NCBI RefSeq assembly: GCF_001677475.2
Contig: NZ_CP015229.1
From: Escherichia coli
Lineage (GTDB): Bacteria; Pseudomonadota; Gammaproteobacteria; Enterobacterales; Enterobacteriaceae
Strand: one strand, 5' to 3'
DNA length: 64,000 nt
Position numbers and translations under genes: made by a program. A model generated the notes under the pieces. The model made no database searches. It was not told the DNA's origin and worked only from the letters and a program-made list of their open reading frames with translations. Shown one piece after another: positions 1-13,108 of this stretch (position 1 is its first letter; the number at the start of each line of letters is the position of its first letter).

Positions 1-1004
1 AGGAAGAAAGGGAGGCTTTTCTTGAGGCCATTCAGGCTGGTGATTGTTTCGATTTCCTTAGCCTTCTGGAATATCCCGTCGCGTTGCAGAACCAGACTGT
101 TGAGTATTACTTCGCGCTGGAACGCTGCTGCCGTTACCATCCCGACTATGTCACTGCGTTTATGGCAATGGAAGGTCCGTGGTTCATTCCTGATGATGTC
201 AAGTTACATCGCAAACTGTTGCGCTGGTACAGCTCGGTGAAAACAGGTATGGCGGAACTCATTCCTGTTGCCCAACAGTGGCAAGCAGAAGAACCAGAAA
301 GCGAAGATGCCCGTTATTACCAGTGTGCGCAACGGTTGTACTGTGGCGAGGGGGAAAGCCTGCTTGCCGATCTCTGCGCATACCGGGAGAGTTACCCATC
401 TACACAAGCCGATAATTTGTTGTTGCAGTGGAGCAAGCGTCATTGCCCGGATTATTTCGCGCTGTTAGTGATGGTTATCGAAGCGCAGAGCATGGTTGAT
501 GCGCAAGGTCAACCGTTGAAATATGTTCCTGGTGAGAGCGCCCGGACGCGGCTGTTATGGGCGGAAATTTTACATAGCGGAAAATTATCGCCGTTAGGTC
601 AATCGTTTATTGAGTCGTTATTCTTCAAGCGCAAAGCATGGGCGTGGTGGAAATCGAGAGTCGGTAGCGAGACAGAACAAGATTCACCGTTACTGGATTT
701 GTATCGGGTAGCGGAACAGGTTGTGCTGGAAGCGTTCCCGAAACAAGAGATGCTGGCCCGTCTTAATACAAGGCTGGAAGGTGGAGATGCTCATCCATTA
801 GAGGCCATTATCACCCGGATGCTGTTGACGAAAGTGAAACTCGAGCCGGAGGATGAAGATGTCGATGAGACAACACCTGAAAACCACGAAGAAATAAATG
901 ATGAGGATGAAAAACCACAGAGCATTACCAGCATTATCAAAATCAGCTTAACGGTGCTGGTGATAGGTTATGCTCTCGGAAAAATCGCGATGTTGTTTAG
1001 CTGA
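1..1004 (+). CDS. djlC: J-domain co-chaperone DjlC-like, 3' portion (5' end outside window)
   Basis: The frame is open from the window edge (codons from nt 3) to the TGA at 1002-1004. An HPD tripeptide lies at 138-146 in a J-domain-like context. An acidic tail is followed by a C-terminal hydrophobic anchor. The gene is convergent with hscC, as remembered for K-12. Confidence 0.75.
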   Translation, partial: EEREAFLEAIQAGDCFDFLSLLEYPVALQNQTVEYYFALERCCRYHPDYVTAFMAMEGPWFIPDDVKLHRKLLRWYSSVKTGMAELIPVAQQWQAEEPESEDARYYQCAQRLYCGEGESLLADLCAYRESYPSTQADNLLLQWSKRHCPDYFALLVMVIEAQSMVDAQGQPLKYVPGESARTRLLWAEILHSGKLSPLGQSFIESLFFKRKAWAWWKSRVGSETEQDSPLLDLYRVAEQVVLEAFPKQEMLARLNTRLEGGDAHPLEAIITRMLLTKVKLEPEDEDVDETTPENHEEINDEDEKPQSITSIIKISLTVLVIGYALGKIAMLFS

Positions 1005-1019
1005 GGAAGTGTTTTTTGC

Positions 1020-1043
1020 GCCGATGCCGGATGCAGCGTTTAT
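1020..1043. repeat. Left half of a REP/palindromic unit split by the IS
   Basis: gccgatgccggatgcagcg is complementary to cgccgcatccggc on the far side of the IS (2476-2494). Confidence 0.7.
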
Positions 1044-1570
1044 TGAACTGCACCCCAAATGTTGGACATAATCTGACATCTGAAGGTGCAGTTTATGAAA
1101 CATTCATTTGAAGTAAAACTTGCCGCTGTAAATCATTACCTGGCTGGTCATGCAGGCATCATTTCTACGGCAAAACTCTTTCAACTTTCTCACACCAGCC
1201 TCTCACACTGGATTAATCTTTTTCTTCTTCACGGTCCTCGGGCACTGGATTGCAGACACAAGCGTAGCTATTCTCCTGAAGATAAACTTTGCGTGGTTCT
1301 TTATGCTCTCGGGCATTCTGAGTCTCTACCCCGGGTAGCTGCCCGGTTTAACATTCCCAGCCACAACACGGTTAAAAACTGGATAAAAGGCTACCGCAAA
1401 TCTGGTAATGAGGCCTTTATCAGGCGCAGGAAGGAGAAAAGCATGACCCGTTCTGATGATACCCATGAAAACGAGGCAAACATGACGCCGGAAGAGATGA
1501 AGAATGAGCTGCGTTATCTTCGCGCAGAAAATGCATATCTGAAAGCCATGCAGGAGCATCTCCTGGAAAA

Positions 1571-2494
<924 letters not shown>

Positions 2495-2499
2495 CGTGT

Positions 2500-4170
2500 T
2501 TAAGGGATCTCAATAGCCAAATAATCGCTCGCCCGTCGCCGAACTTCATCGACGCGGGCCATATCGTTTGACTGCAACGCCGCATCAAAATCGGTGATCA
2601 CCCGGCCGATCTCTTCTCGCTCGTCACCCAGCGCCCGCGCCCACAACTCTTCCAGTTTTGCTTTAAAGGTACGGTTGATGAGCATATCGCGCGGATAAAT
2701 TTTCAATGCGGATAACCGCGTCCGACTCTCTTCAATCTGCTGTGCGCTCAATGTTACAGGACTGTGATTAATGACTCTGGACTTAACGCTGCCGTCTTCC
2801 AGAAGCACGTCAACTTCAAGCAACCCGTTGATATCATAACTAAAGCGAATATCAATCGACTGATAAGCCCCGGTTTTCTTCAACGGCACATCGAAGGATT
2901 CCACCAGAATGTTATTTTTAACTTTGTGGTTTTCTCCCTGATAGACGTTAACCGTAATTGAATCCTGTTCCGGGTGCATGGTCGAGTAAGTTTCTACACG
3001 CGACACCGGTACAGTGGTGTTTCGTTCAATAATCGGCGAGAAAATGCCGGAAACGCCCTGGCGGTTAACTTCAACACCCAACGAGTAAGGGCAAATATCA
3101 GTGAGGATCACCTCTTCAATATCTTCACTGCGTAAGCGGCAGGCGGCCTGGATTGCTGCGCCCAGCGCGACAATGGTGCTCGGGTCGTAACTTTGATATG
3201 GTAATTTGCCAAACAGACGTACGGCGATTCGCTGCACCAGCGGCATTTGTGATGCGCCGCCAACCAGCACCAGACTGTCGATTTGACTTGGCTTCAGACG
3301 TGCATCGCGCAACGCCTGTTCAATCGGTACTCGCAAGCGATTGAGCAGCGGCAACCACAAATCTTCCAGTTCGTTTTCGTAAAATTCGCACTTACGCGTT
3401 TCTTCCTGATACTGCCAGCTAATTTGCAGCGGTAATTGATTGCCGCATTTTGCCGCTTCCACGCTGGTGTACAGGGCTGCCAGCTCACTTTCGTTGAGCA
3501 TGTTTTTAGCCACTGCGGCGCGTTTTAAAACTTCATCCACCAGCATATGAGTAAAATCTTCGCCGCCAAGAAAGTTGTCGCCAGCGGAGGCGTGAACTTC
3601 AATCACCGGCGTGGCGTATTCGAGCACCGTGACGTCAAACGTGCCGCCACCGAGATCAAAAACCAGCGAGCGGGTATTTTGTTGCGTATGCAGGCCATAT
3701 GCCATCGCAGCTGCTGTGGGTTCATTAATTAAGCGTACCGCATTTAACCCGGCTAACTCCGCTGCTAAACGGGTATGCTTGCGTTGTTCATCGCTGAAAT
3801 AAGCCGGAACGGAGATCACCACATCTTTAATCGGACGTTGCAGAAATTCTTCGGCATCTTCTTTTAATGAGCGTAATACCAAAGAGGACAGTTCTGGCGC
3901 GTTAAATGTATCGCTGCCTAACCGCCAGTTGGTATTACTGCCCATTGCACGTTTAAATAACGCTGCCGTTTTATCCGGATGCGAAGTGCGCCGTGATACA
4001 GCCGGTTTTCCGACTAAAATATGATTATTTTCATCCATGCTAATTATGGATGGTGTTAAATATTCACCGAACTTATTTGGAATTAATTGCGCGGCACCGT
4101 CTTTCCAGACGGCAATTAAACTATTGGTAGTACCGAGATCGATACCAATGGCGAGTTCTGCATTATCCAT
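2500..4170 (-). CDS. hscC: Hsp70-family chaperone HscC
   Basis: 556-aa ORF with Hsp70 ATPase motifs (IGIDLGTTNS, DLGGGTFD). Synteny with djlC and rihA. Confidence 0.95.
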   Translation of the reverse strand: MDNAELAIGIDLGTTNSLIAVWKDGAAQLIPNKFGEYLTPSIISMDENNHILVGKPAVSRRTSHPDKTAALFKRAMGSNTNWRLGSDTFNAPELSSLVLRSLKEDAEEFLQRPIKDVVISVPAYFSDEQRKHTRLAAELAGLNAVRLINEPTAAAMAYGLHTQQNTRSLVFDLGGGTFDVTVLEYATPVIEVHASAGDNFLGGEDFTHMLVDEVLKRAAVAKNMLNESELAALYTSVEAAKCGNQLPLQISWQYQEETRKCEFYENELEDLWLPLLNRLRVPIEQALRDARLKPSQIDSLVLVGGASQMPLVQRIAVRLFGKLPYQSYDPSTIVALGAAIQAACRLRSEDIEEVILTDICPYSLGVEVNRQGVSGIFSPIIERNTTVPVSRVETYSTMHPEQDSITVNVYQGENHKVKNNILVESFDVPLKKTGAYQSIDIRFSYDINGLLEVDVLLEDGSVKSRVINHSPVTLSAQQIEESRTRLSALKIYPRDMLINRTFKAKLEELWARALGDEREEIGRVITDFDAALQSNDMARVDEVRRRASDYLAIEIP

Positions 4171-4253
4171 TGCATTTATATCTTGAAAGAAAAAGAGATA
4201 AACAGATTAAGACCACCCGGGTAACGCGTGGTGATCTTAATCAATGACGTGTG

Positions 4254-5189
4254 TTAAGCGTAAAATTTCAGACGATCAGCCAGTAAATCAACAAAGCCCT
4301 GACGATCAACATCGACCATTACAGTGGCATTCGGTTTATTGCCGGTCAGATAATAATAATCAACAACCGTCATACCCTGGGTATATTTCCCTTGTGTTTC
4401 CACGCCAACCCAGCGCTCAACAGTGGTAAACAACTCGGGTTTTAACAGCCAGGCGATGGTGCATGGGTCATGTAGCGGTGGGCCGACAAAGCCCCATTTT
4501 TCGTCTTTGTGATATTCGAGGAAGAAATCCAGCAGTTCGGCAACAATGGTTGAAACAGGGTTGCCAATGGCGCGGAAACGCTCGGTGTCCTCAACGTGAA
4601 TTTGTGCTTTGTGAGTAACATCCAGACCGGCCATCACCACCGGGATCCCTGACTGGAAGACAATTTCTGCCGCTTCCGGGTCAACGTAAATATTAAATTC
4701 AGCCGCAGGCGTCCAGTTACCAAGCCCCATTGCGCCGCCCATAATCACGATACGGGCAATTTTGCTATGCAGTTCCGGATGGCTATTGAGCAGCAAGGCA
4801 ACGTTAGTTTGCGGTCCGGTAGACACAATCGTGACAGGTTCCGCACTTTCACGTAGCGTTTTCGCCATCAGCTCCACCGCCGTACACTTTTGCGGTGCAA
4901 ACGTCGGTTCCGGTAATGCCGGGCCGTCGAGACCGCTTTCGCCGTGCACATTGTCCGCGATAATCAACTCACGCATTAACGGTTTTACTGCGCCGCCGGC
5001 TACCGGAATATCGGTGCGATTAAGCAATGTCAGCATACGCAGAACATTGCGTAAGGTTTTTTCTGGAGTCTGGTTTCCGGCGGAAGACGTAATTGCTTTG
5101 ACATCAAGCTCTGGTGAGGCGAGGGCGAGAACTATTGCGATAGCGTCATCATGACCTGGGTCGCAATCTAACAGAATTGGCAGTGCCAT
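4254..5189 (-). CDS. rihA: Pyrimidine-specific ribonucleoside hydrolase RihA
   Basis: The protein starting [15 protein letters not shown] matches remembered RihA (311 aa). ATG at 5187-5189; the ORF-track start at 5222 is an upstream extension. Confidence 0.93.
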   Translation of the reverse strand: MALPILLDCDPGHDDAIAIVLALASPELDVKAITSSAGNQTPEKTLRNVLRMLTLLNRTDIPVAGGAVKPLMRELIIADNVHGESGLDGPALPEPTFAPQKCTAVELMAKTLRESAEPVTIVSTGPQTNVALLLNSHPELHSKIARIVIMGGAMGLGNWTPAAEFNIYVDPEAAEIVFQSGIPVVMAGLDVTHKAQIHVEDTERFRAIGNPVSTIVAELLDFFLEYHKDEKWGFVGPPLHDPCTIAWLLKPELFTTVERWVGVETQGKYTQGMTVVDYYYLTGNKPNATVMVDVDRQGFVDLLADRLKFYA

Positions 5190-5306
5190 TGTTGCTCCTT
5201 GTTGTGTGCTTCTTTGCGACAAGGGTACCGCCAGGATGTAACAGATACGAGGAGCGAAACGATAAAGCGTGAGATGGCGCGCACTTGGGTATGCGCGCCA
5301 GAGTGA

Positions 5307-6032
5307 TTAATGCAGGATTTTCGCGAGGAAGTCTTTTGCGCGGTCCGATTTCGGATCATCGAAGAAAGCGTCTTTCGGCGAGTCTTCGACAATTTTACCC
5401 TCGTCCATAAAGATCACCCGATTCGCCACTTTACGGGCAAAGCCCATTTCGTGGGTCACCACCATCATGGTCATTCCTTCATTCGCCAGTTCGACCATTA
5501 CGTCCAGCACTTCGTTGATCATCTCCGGATCCAGCGCCGATGTCGGTTCGTCGAACAGCATCGCGATAGGATCCATGCACAATGCGCGAGCGATCGCCAC
5601 ACGCTGCTGCTGACCGCCGGAAAGCTGCGCCGGAAACTTATTGGCATGTGCGGAAAGCCCGACGCGCTCCAGCAATTTCAATGCTTTTTCACGAGCGGGT
5701 GCTTTATCGCGTTTAAGCACTTTCACCTGCGCCAGGGTCAGGTTTTCAATAATCGACAAATGGGGGAACAACTCGAAATGCTGGAACACCATTCCCACAC
5801 GGGAACGCAGCTTCGCCAGATCGGTTTTCTTATCGTTCACCACGATGCCATCGACGGTGATTTCACCTTGCTGCACCGGTTCGAGGCCGTTAACGGTTTT
5901 AATCAGCGTTGATTTACCGGAGCCAGATGGGCCGCAAACCACCACCACTTCGCCTTTTTTCACTTCCGTTGAGCAGTCGGTCAGCACCTGAAAGTGACCA
6001 TACCATTTTGAAACATTTTTCAGGGTAATCAT
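5307..6032 (-). CDS. gltL: Glutamate/aspartate ABC transporter ATP-binding protein
   Basis: 241 aa with Walker [10 protein letters not shown] and the LSGGQQQR signature. Operon context. Confidence 0.95.
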   Translation of the reverse strand: MITLKNVSKWYGHFQVLTDCSTEVKKGEVVVVCGPSGSGKSTLIKTVNGLEPVQQGEITVDGIVVNDKKTDLAKLRSRVGMVFQHFELFPHLSIIENLTLAQVKVLKRDKAPAREKALKLLERVGLSAHANKFPAQLSGGQQQRVAIARALCMDPIAMLFDEPTSALDPEMINEVLDVMVELANEGMTMMVVTHEMGFARKVANRVIFMDEGKIVEDSPKDAFFDDPKSDRAKDFLAKILH

Positions 6033-6706
6033 TATGCTGTCCTTCTTTTCAAGTAGCTGACCAACAACGACGCGCTAAGGCTAATAACGAAATAAACAAA
6101 TCCGGCAAACAGGATCATCTCAACCTGCGTACCATCACGCTCACCAATGGTTGAGGCGGTACGGAAGAAATCGGCCAGAGATAACACATACACCAGTGAG
6201 GTATCCTGAAACAGTACGATGCCCTGAGTGAGCAGCAGCGGCACCATCGCGCGGAACGCCTGCGGCAGAATAATCAGTTTCATCGACTGCCAGTGGGTCA
6301 TCCCCAACGCCAGCGCGGCGCTCGACTGACCACGAGAAATACTTTGAATACCGGCACGGATAATCTCTGAATAGTAGGCCGCTTCAAACATCGAAAACGC
6401 CACCATCGCCGAAATTAAACGGATATCATTTTTTGGTGATAATCCCAGCACGTTTTGCAGAAAACCCGGCACGATCAGGTAAAACCACAGCAAAACCATA
6501 ACTAAAGGAATCGAGCGGAATACGTTAACGTAGGCTTTGGCAAACCACGCTACGGGCGCAAAGCTGGACAAGCGCATCACCGCCAGCATGGTGCCCCACA
6601 AAATACCAATCACGACTGCCGTGACGGTGATTTTCAGGGTGATCACCAGCCCGTCGAGCAGATATGGCAGGGAAGGAACAATGGAACTCCAGTCAAACTC
6701 GTACAT
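6032..6706 (-). CDS. gltK: Glutamate/aspartate ABC transporter permease
   Basis: 224-aa polytopic membrane protein. Its start/stop overlaps its neighbours. Confidence 0.93.
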
Positions 6707-7446
6707 TATTTGCCCCCCATGTTGCCGGGCAGGCGAACTTTACGTTCAACCAGCGTCATCACCAGCATGATAAAAGCGTTAATCAATACATACGCCAGCG
6801 TAATCGCGGTAAACGACTCCCAGGCGTGAGCCGAGTAGTCGAGCAATTTACCCGCCTGCGCTGCCATATCTACCAGACCGATGGTCGAGGCGATGGCGGA
6901 GTTTTTCACCAGGTTCATCATCTCTGAGGTCATCGGCGGGACGATAACGCGATAAGCATTAGGCAGCAGTACGTAGCGGTAAGCCTGCGGTAGCGTCAGA
7001 CCCATCGCCAGCGCGGCATTCTTCTGCCCACGCGGCAGCGACTGAATAGCGGCGCGTACCTGTTCGCAAACACGGGCGGCGGTAAACAGTCCAAGGCAGA
7101 GCATGGATGAAAGGAAAAACTGAATATTGGGATCCAGCTCGGCCTTAAACCACATGCCGATTTTCTCTGGCAGCAACTCCGGGATCACCAGATACCAGGT
7201 AAAGAATTGCACAATCAACGGCACGTTGCGGAACAGTTCGACATACAACGTACCCAGACCGGAGAGAAAACGGTTTGGAACGGTACGTAAAATGCCGAAA
7301 AATGAACCGACGAGGAAAGCGATAATCCAGGCGCAGATCGACAAAGCGATCGTCACCTGAAAACCACTCCAGATCCAACCAAGATAGGTGGTGTTGCCGA
7401 ACGGGGCTTGTTGTAAAAAAATACCCCAGTTCCAGTCTATAGACAT
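6706..7446 (-). CDS. gltJ: Glutamate/aspartate ABC transporter permease
   Basis: 246-aa membrane protein in the operon context. Confidence 0.93.
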
Positions 7447-7457
7447 AAATCTACTCC

Positions 7458-7620
7458 AGAAAAAAGAGGGTAGCAGCGTTAACTGCTACCCTCGAAGATT
7501 GTTACCCAGCGTATTGCGGTTTTCAGGCCCGATGGGGAACGACCATCAGGCGTATAGTCTGTCCGTGCTACGTAACAATCGAGAGGGCTGGAATTTCCGC
7601 CCCTGGTTCTTGTAATTAGT
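7458..7620 (-). ncRNA. sroC: SroC sRNA (processed from the gltI-gltJ spacer; GcvB sponge)
   Basis: It occupies the gltI-gltJ intergenic region. On the minus strand it ends at the hairpin gagggtagcag..ctgctaccctc (7467-7493) followed by a U-run. Placement uses remembered K-12 offsets, which also reproduce the gltI stop position. Confidence 0.55.
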
Positions 7621-8524
7621 TCAGTGCCTTGTCATTCGGTTCTTTGAACAGAGCTTTCATTTCGTCTGACAGTTCGAAATTCATGTTCAGGTTTTTCGGC
7701 GGAATTGGATTTTTGAACCACTTATCAAACCATTTTTCCGCTTCGCCGGAGGTCTGCACCTGCGCGATGGTGTCATCCATCAGCTTTTTGAACTGCGGAT
7801 CATCTTTACGCAACATACAACCGTAGGCTTCCTGAGACTGCGGCTTGCCGACGATTTCCCAGTTGTCTGGTTTCTTCGCTTTCGCACGTTCACCGGCCAG
7901 CAGAGCGTCATCCATCATAAAGGCAACGGCACGACCGCTTTCCAGGGTGCGGAAAGAGTCACCGTGATCTTTGGCGCTGATGATGCGCATATTCATTTTT
8001 TGCTCTTCATTCAATTTGTTGAGCAAAACTTCAGAGGTAGTGCCGGAAGTGACGACTACGGCTTTGCCTTTCAGGTCGGCAAAATCTTTGATATCGCCGC
8101 CCTTTTTAGTCAGAAGGCGCGTACCGACCACGAAAATAGTGTCAGAGAAAGCCGCCTGTTTCTGGCGTTCGACGTTATTGGTGGTAGAACCACATTCAAA
8201 ATCGAAAGTGCCGTTTTGCAGCAGAGGAATACGGTTTTGTGAGGTGATCGGAATCAGTTTCACCTGCAAGTCCGGTTTGTTGAGTTTCTTTTTCACTGCT
8301 TCAACAATGGCGTTGGAGTAATCCTGCGAGTAACCCACCACTTTTTGCTGATTGTCGTAATAAGAGAAAGGTACTGAAGATTCACGGTGACCGACGACAA
8401 TCACACCGTTTTTGGCGATTTTGTCCAGCGTACTGCCCGCTGCCGGGGCGGCGTCATCTGCCTGTGCCAGTCCTGCGGAAAGCGCCAGGGCCAGGATTGC
8501 TGTGGCAGGTTTACGTAATTGCAT
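7616..8524 (-). CDS. gltI: Glutamate/aspartate periplasmic binding protein
   Basis: The protein starting MQLRKPATAILALALSAGLAQA (signal peptide) matches remembered GltI (302 aa). ATG at 8522-8524. Confidence 0.93.
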   Translation of the reverse strand: MQLRKPATAILALALSAGLAQADDAAPAAGSTLDKIAKNGVIVVGHRESSVPFSYYDNQQKVVGYSQDYSNAIVEAVKKKLNKPDLQVKLIPITSQNRIPLLQNGTFDFECGSTTNNVERQKQAAFSDTIFVVGTRLLTKKGGDIKDFADLKGKAVVVTSGTTSEVLLNKLNEEQKMNMRIISAKDHGDSFRTLESGRAVAFMMDDALLAGERAKAKKPDNWEIVGKPQSQEAYGCMLRKDDPQFKKLMDDTIAQVQTSGEAEKWFDKWFKNPIPPKNLNMNFELSDEMKALFKEPNDKALN

Positions 8525-8920
8525 ATCCAACTCCTTTATCTTCTGCGTTAAGAACGCATGGATACCTGTTGTGAGTGTTTGTGTTGTTATCATCTGCAAC
8601 TTTATTGTGCAGTGTTGTGCCTGTTAGGTAACATTTAGTTTGGCTAAATGTAAAGATATTGCTGTTTTATTGTTTGTTTTTGCGAGTTGCGCCGCACCAT
8701 TCCGAAGCAAAATTCTTAAAATGCACTCTTTTGGTGCTACCCGTGGATTGCTGTGGTGCAACCGGGTTGTACTGATGCTGGTTCACGCTTTGCCTTGTAT
8801 AACAAAGCAATAGATGTGCCAAAGTTGGATAGGGGAATTTTGTTATCCGGATAACGCACTGATGCCGCATCCGGTGAGCGTGCCGAAATACGGGATGTAT
8901 TCCGGCACGATAAGAAGGGA

Positions 8921-10459
8921 TTATTTACGTCGTTGACGCAGACTCATCAGCACAGCAGCAAAACCAAACAGCGCCGTAAGCACCCACAGCGGCCAGTTGC
9001 CGGTACGTGCGTACGGTGTGAGTCCGGTGGTCGGCGTCACGTTAGTGGTTAACACCTCGCGGGTGAACTGCGGGATCATCGCCTGAATCTCACCCTGCGG
9101 ACCAATCACCGCCGTAATGCCGTTGTTGGTGCTACGCAGCAGTGGGCGCGCCAGCTCCAGCGCACGCATTCGCGCCATCTGGAAGTGTTGCCATGGACCA
9201 ATAGATTTACCAAACCACGCATCGTTGGAGATAGTCAGCAGGTAGTCGGTATCCGGGCGGAAGTTATCACGCACTTGCTCGCCGAGAATGATCTCGTAGC
9301 AAATAGCCGCAGTAAGCTCAATACCGTTTACCGACAGCGGCGGCTGGATATATGGCCCACGGCTGAACGACGACATCGGTAGATCAAAGAACGGTGCTAA
9401 CGGACGCAGAATCGACTCCAGCGGGACAAACTCGCCAAACGGCACCAGATGGTTTTTGTTATAGCGATCGGCTGATTCGTAGCTGTACGGCGCACCTTTA
9501 CCCAGCGTGATGATGGTGTTGTAGGTATCGTAGCGGTTCTGCTTATTGAGACGTGCGTCAACAATCCCGGTTACCAGCGAGCTACCTTTATCGCGCAACT
9601 CACCGTCCAGTGCTTTGAGGAACGGTTGCTGATTAATTTCCAGATCGGTTATCGCCGACTCCGGCCAGATAATCAACGATGATTTGCCCATCAGCGGTGC
9701 CGTTGCGTTGTAGTAAATCTTCAGCGTATTAAGAAGCTGGTCTCCGTCCCATTTCAGTGATTGCGGAATATCGCCCTGAACCATCGAAACCTGAATGGTT
9801 TTCTCCGGTTGCGGGGTAAACCACTGGATGTAACGCAGCGGGAAGGGAAGGGCGAACAGCACGACGGCCACCACCATCGGACGCCAGTTGCGTTTGACCA
9901 ACGCCAGTGCCAGCAGGCCGCTAACCATCATTAGCAGGAAGTTAATGGCTTCCACGCCCATTATCGGTGCCAGCCCTTTTAACGGGCCATCAATCTGGCT
10001 ATAGCCGAACTGTAACCACGGGAAACCAGTCAGCACCCAACCGCGCAGAAACTCGGTCACTTGCCAGAGAGCAGGGGCGGCAATCGCCACGCGCAGCCAG
10101 GTGGTTTTCGGCCACAGACGCGACAGCACGCCAGCAAACAGTCCGGTATACAGCGACAAATACGCCGCCAGCAGCACCACCAGGAAGATGTTAACCGGGC
10201 CAGGCATTCCGCCAAAGGTCGCGATGCTGACATAGACCCAGTTAATACCGCTGCCAAAGAGGCCAAATCCCCAGCAAAAGCCAATAGCGGCAGACTGGAG
10301 TGGACGGCGGTTAAAGGTCAGCGCCTGAAGCCCCATCAGCGAAATAATCGCCGCAGGCCAGACGTCGTAAGGAGAGAAGGCCAGCGTTCCGCAGGCACCG
10401 AATAATAACGCCAGCAGCAGGCGAATGCGCTGGCGTTCAATTAATGAGGCAAAAGCCAT
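8921..10459 (-). CDS. lnt: Apolipoprotein N-acyltransferase
   Basis: 512 aa, with a multi-TM N-terminal half and a nitrilase-like C-terminal half. Synteny. Confidence 0.95.
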   Translation of the reverse strand: MAFASLIERQRIRLLLALLFGACGTLAFSPYDVWPAAIISLMGLQALTFNRRPLQSAAIGFCWGFGLFGSGINWVYVSIATFGGMPGPVNIFLVVLLAAYLSLYTGLFAGVLSRLWPKTTWLRVAIAAPALWQVTEFLRGWVLTGFPWLQFGYSQIDGPLKGLAPIMGVEAINFLLMMVSGLLALALVKRNWRPMVVAVVLFALPFPLRYIQWFTPQPEKTIQVSMVQGDIPQSLKWDGDQLLNTLKIYYNATAPLMGKSSLIIWPESAITDLEINQQPFLKALDGELRDKGSSLVTGIVDARLNKQNRYDTYNTIITLGKGAPYSYESADRYNKNHLVPFGEFVPLESILRPLAPFFDLPMSSFSRGPYIQPPLSVNGIELTAAICYEIILGEQVRDNFRPDTDYLLTISNDAWFGKSIGPWQHFQMARMRALELARPLLRSTNNGITAVIGPQGEIQAMIPQFTREVLTTNVTPTTGLTPYARTGNWPLWVLTALFGFAAVLMSLRQRRK

Positions 10460-10483
10460 GTAGTTATCTATCCAGTTTCGGTT

Positions 10484-11362
10484 TTATTCATCCAGCTTCG
10501 GCTGGGGTGAGTCATCCGGGATTTTGACATGAACCTGAATAATACGCCGACTGTCGGCCATCGCCACTTTGAACTGGTAACCGTCGATGTCGATGGTTTC
10601 GCCACGCGCCGGAAGATGCCCAAATGCCTGCATCACCAGACCACCGATAGTGTCAACCTCTTCATCGCTAAAGTGGGTGCCGAACGCTTCGTTGAAGTCT
10701 TCAATGGAAGCCAGTGCGCGCACGGTCCAGGTATGACGGCTCAGCTGACGGAAGTCGATATCATCTTCTTCGTCATACTCGTCTTCAATCTCACCAACAA
10801 TCAGTTCCAGGATGTCTTCAATGGTCACCAGACCGGAAACCCCACCGAATTCGTCAATGACGATCGCCATGTGGTAACGCTGAGAGCGAAACTCTTTCAG
10901 CATCCGGTCTACGCGCTTACTTTCAGGAACGACAACCGCCTGACGTAACACTTTGTCCATGCTGAAGGCTTCAGCATCGCTGCGCATAAACGGCAGCAAG
11001 TCTTTCGCCATCAGAATCCCTTCAATGTGATCTTTGTCTTCGCTAATCACCGGGAAACGTGAGTGGGCGGACTCGATGATGACATCAAGGCATTCGTCCA
11101 GCGTCTGGTTGCGTTTCAGGGTAATCATCTGGGAGCGGGGGATCATGATGTCGCGGACGCGTTGGTCTGCGATGTCCATCACCCCTTCGAGCATATCGCG
11201 CGTATCTTCGTCGATAAGGTCGTTCTGCCCGGAATCACGGATCAGCGCCAGCAGTTCGTCACGGTTTTTCGGTTCACCGTGGAAAAGTTGGCTGAGTAAC
11301 AGGGAGAAAAATCCCTTCTTGTTGCTTATCGTGTCACTACTGTGTGAATTGTCGTCGCTCAT
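10484..11362 (-). CDS. corC: CBS-domain Mg/Co efflux-related protein CorC (YbeX)
   Basis: 292 aa with CBS pair and CorC_HlyC-like regions. Synteny. Confidence 0.93.
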   Translation of the reverse strand: MSDDNSHSSDTISNKKGFFSLLLSQLFHGEPKNRDELLALIRDSGQNDLIDEDTRDMLEGVMDIADQRVRDIMIPRSQMITLKRNQTLDECLDVIIESAHSRFPVISEDKDHIEGILMAKDLLPFMRSDAEAFSMDKVLRQAVVVPESKRVDRMLKEFRSQRYHMAIVIDEFGGVSGLVTIEDILELIVGEIEDEYDEEDDIDFRQLSRHTWTVRALASIEDFNEAFGTHFSDEEVDTIGGLVMQAFGHLPARGETIDIDGYQFKVAMADSRRIIQVHVKIPDDSPQPKLDE

Positions 11363-11451
11363 GGCGTCGTATGGGTTCTCATGTTAGTTAATCAAAACGC
11401 CGTCGTTAATCACCAACGGCGGGGACATCTGCCAGTCAAATGCCTGGCAAA

Positions 11452-11919
11452 TTATTCTTTCTCGGCAATGTACGGATCCTCATAGCCCAGAGCAAGCATA
11501 ATCTCTGTTTCGAGGGCTTCCATTTCTTCTGCTTCGTCATCTTCGATGTGATCGTAACCTAACAAATGCAGACTGCCGTGCACCACCATATGCGCCCAGT
11601 GCGCCTCCAGTGGTTTGCCTTGCTCCTGTGCTTCCTTCTCAACCACCTGACGGCAGATAACCAGATCGCCCAGTAGCGACATTTCCATGCCAGGCGGTAC
11701 TTCAAACGGGAAGGAGAGCACGTTGGTCGGCTTATCCTTACCGCGATAGGTCAGATTCAGACTGTGGCTTTCGGCGGTATCGACCACGCGAATCGTCACT
11801 TCCGATTCTTCCTGAAACTGCGGGATCACCGCATTCAGCCATGTCTGAAACTGGCTCTCTTCCGGTAACCCGGAATTATCTTCACATGCCAGTTGTAAAT
11901 CGAGGATCACCTGACTCAT
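11452..11919 (-). CDS. ybeY: Endoribonuclease YbeY (16S rRNA maturation)
   Basis: 155 aa with the HxxxHxxGxxH metal motif ([11 protein letters not shown]). Confidence 0.95.
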
Positions 11920-12956
11920 TTTTGTTCCTGTTCTTCGCGCTTGCGTTCTGCTGCCAGCGCCGCTTTACGTTTTTGTTCGGCTTCTTCCCAGGCTTCATAA
12001 GCGTTAACGATACGCGCCACCACCGGGTGACGAACCACGTCTTCGCTGTGGAAGAAGTTAAAGCTGATCTCTTCGACATCGGCCAGCACTTCGATGGCAT
12101 GACGCAAACCTGATTTAGTATTACGCGGCAGGTCGATCTGTGTGACGTCGCCGGTGATAACCGCTTTTGAGTTAAAACCGATACGGGTCAGGAACATCTT
12201 CATCTGTTCGATGGTAGTGTTCTGGCTCTCATCGAGAATGATAAATGCGTCGTTCAGCGTACGACCACGCATATAGGCCAGCGGTGCGACTTCAATAACG
12301 TTGCGCTCAATCAGTTTCTCAACTTTCTCAAAGCCCAGCATTTCAAACAGCGCGTCGTACAGCGGGCGCAAATACGGGTCTACTTTCTGGCTTAAATCGC
12401 CAGGCAGGAAGCCCAGTTTCTCACCGGCTTCTACCGCCGGACGAGTCAGCAGAATACGGCGAATTTCCTGACGCTCCAGGGCATCAACTGCCGCAGCCAC
12501 TGCCAGGTAGGTTTTACCCGTACCCGCCGGGCCAACGCCGAAGGTGATGTCATGGTCGAGAATATTGGCGATGTACTGCGCCTGGTTTGGCGTGCGCGGC
12601 TTGATTACGCCGCGTTTGGTTTTGATATTGACCGCTTTACCATACTCCGGCACGCTCTCCGCGCTTTGCTCCAGTACCCGCGCTTCTTTAATCGCAAGGT
12701 GGATCTGTTCCGGTTCGATATCCTGAATCTGACCGCGCATCGGGGCTGTATCGACATACAGGCTACGCAGAATGTCTGCCGCAGCGGTGACGCAAATCGG
12801 ACGGCCGGTCAGTTTAAAGTGGTTATCGCGGCGATTGATCTCGATGCCGAGACGGCGTTCGAGTTGTTTGATGTTGTCATCAAACGGGCCGCACAGGCTC
12901 AACAGACGCGCATTGTCTGCTGGCTCCAGGGTGATTTCGCGAGTGTCTATGTTCAA
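11916..12956 (-). CDS. ybeZ: PhoH-like ATPase YbeZ
   Basis: Walker A motif GPAGTGKT. The TTG at 12954-12956 gives the remembered 346-aa product; the ORF stays open to the ATG at 12995 (359 aa). Overlaps the ybeY start. Confidence 0.9.
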
Positions 12957-13108
12957 ACCGTTCCTCTTATCTGTATGCCGCCGGAAGCTGAACATTCACC
13001 GGCCTATAAGGAAATTATTCACGCCACAGGAAAAAGGCGCAAGCATTGCGATAAAGATGGGGATAAAGAGAGAAAAAACAAGGCCCACCGGAACGGCGGG
13101 CCTGAGAA

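Noticed and set aside
8667-8870. 67-aa minus-strand ORF in the gltI upstream region
   Set aside because: It has no SD and no recognisable product. It lies in the regulatory and REP-containing spacer between lnt and gltI.
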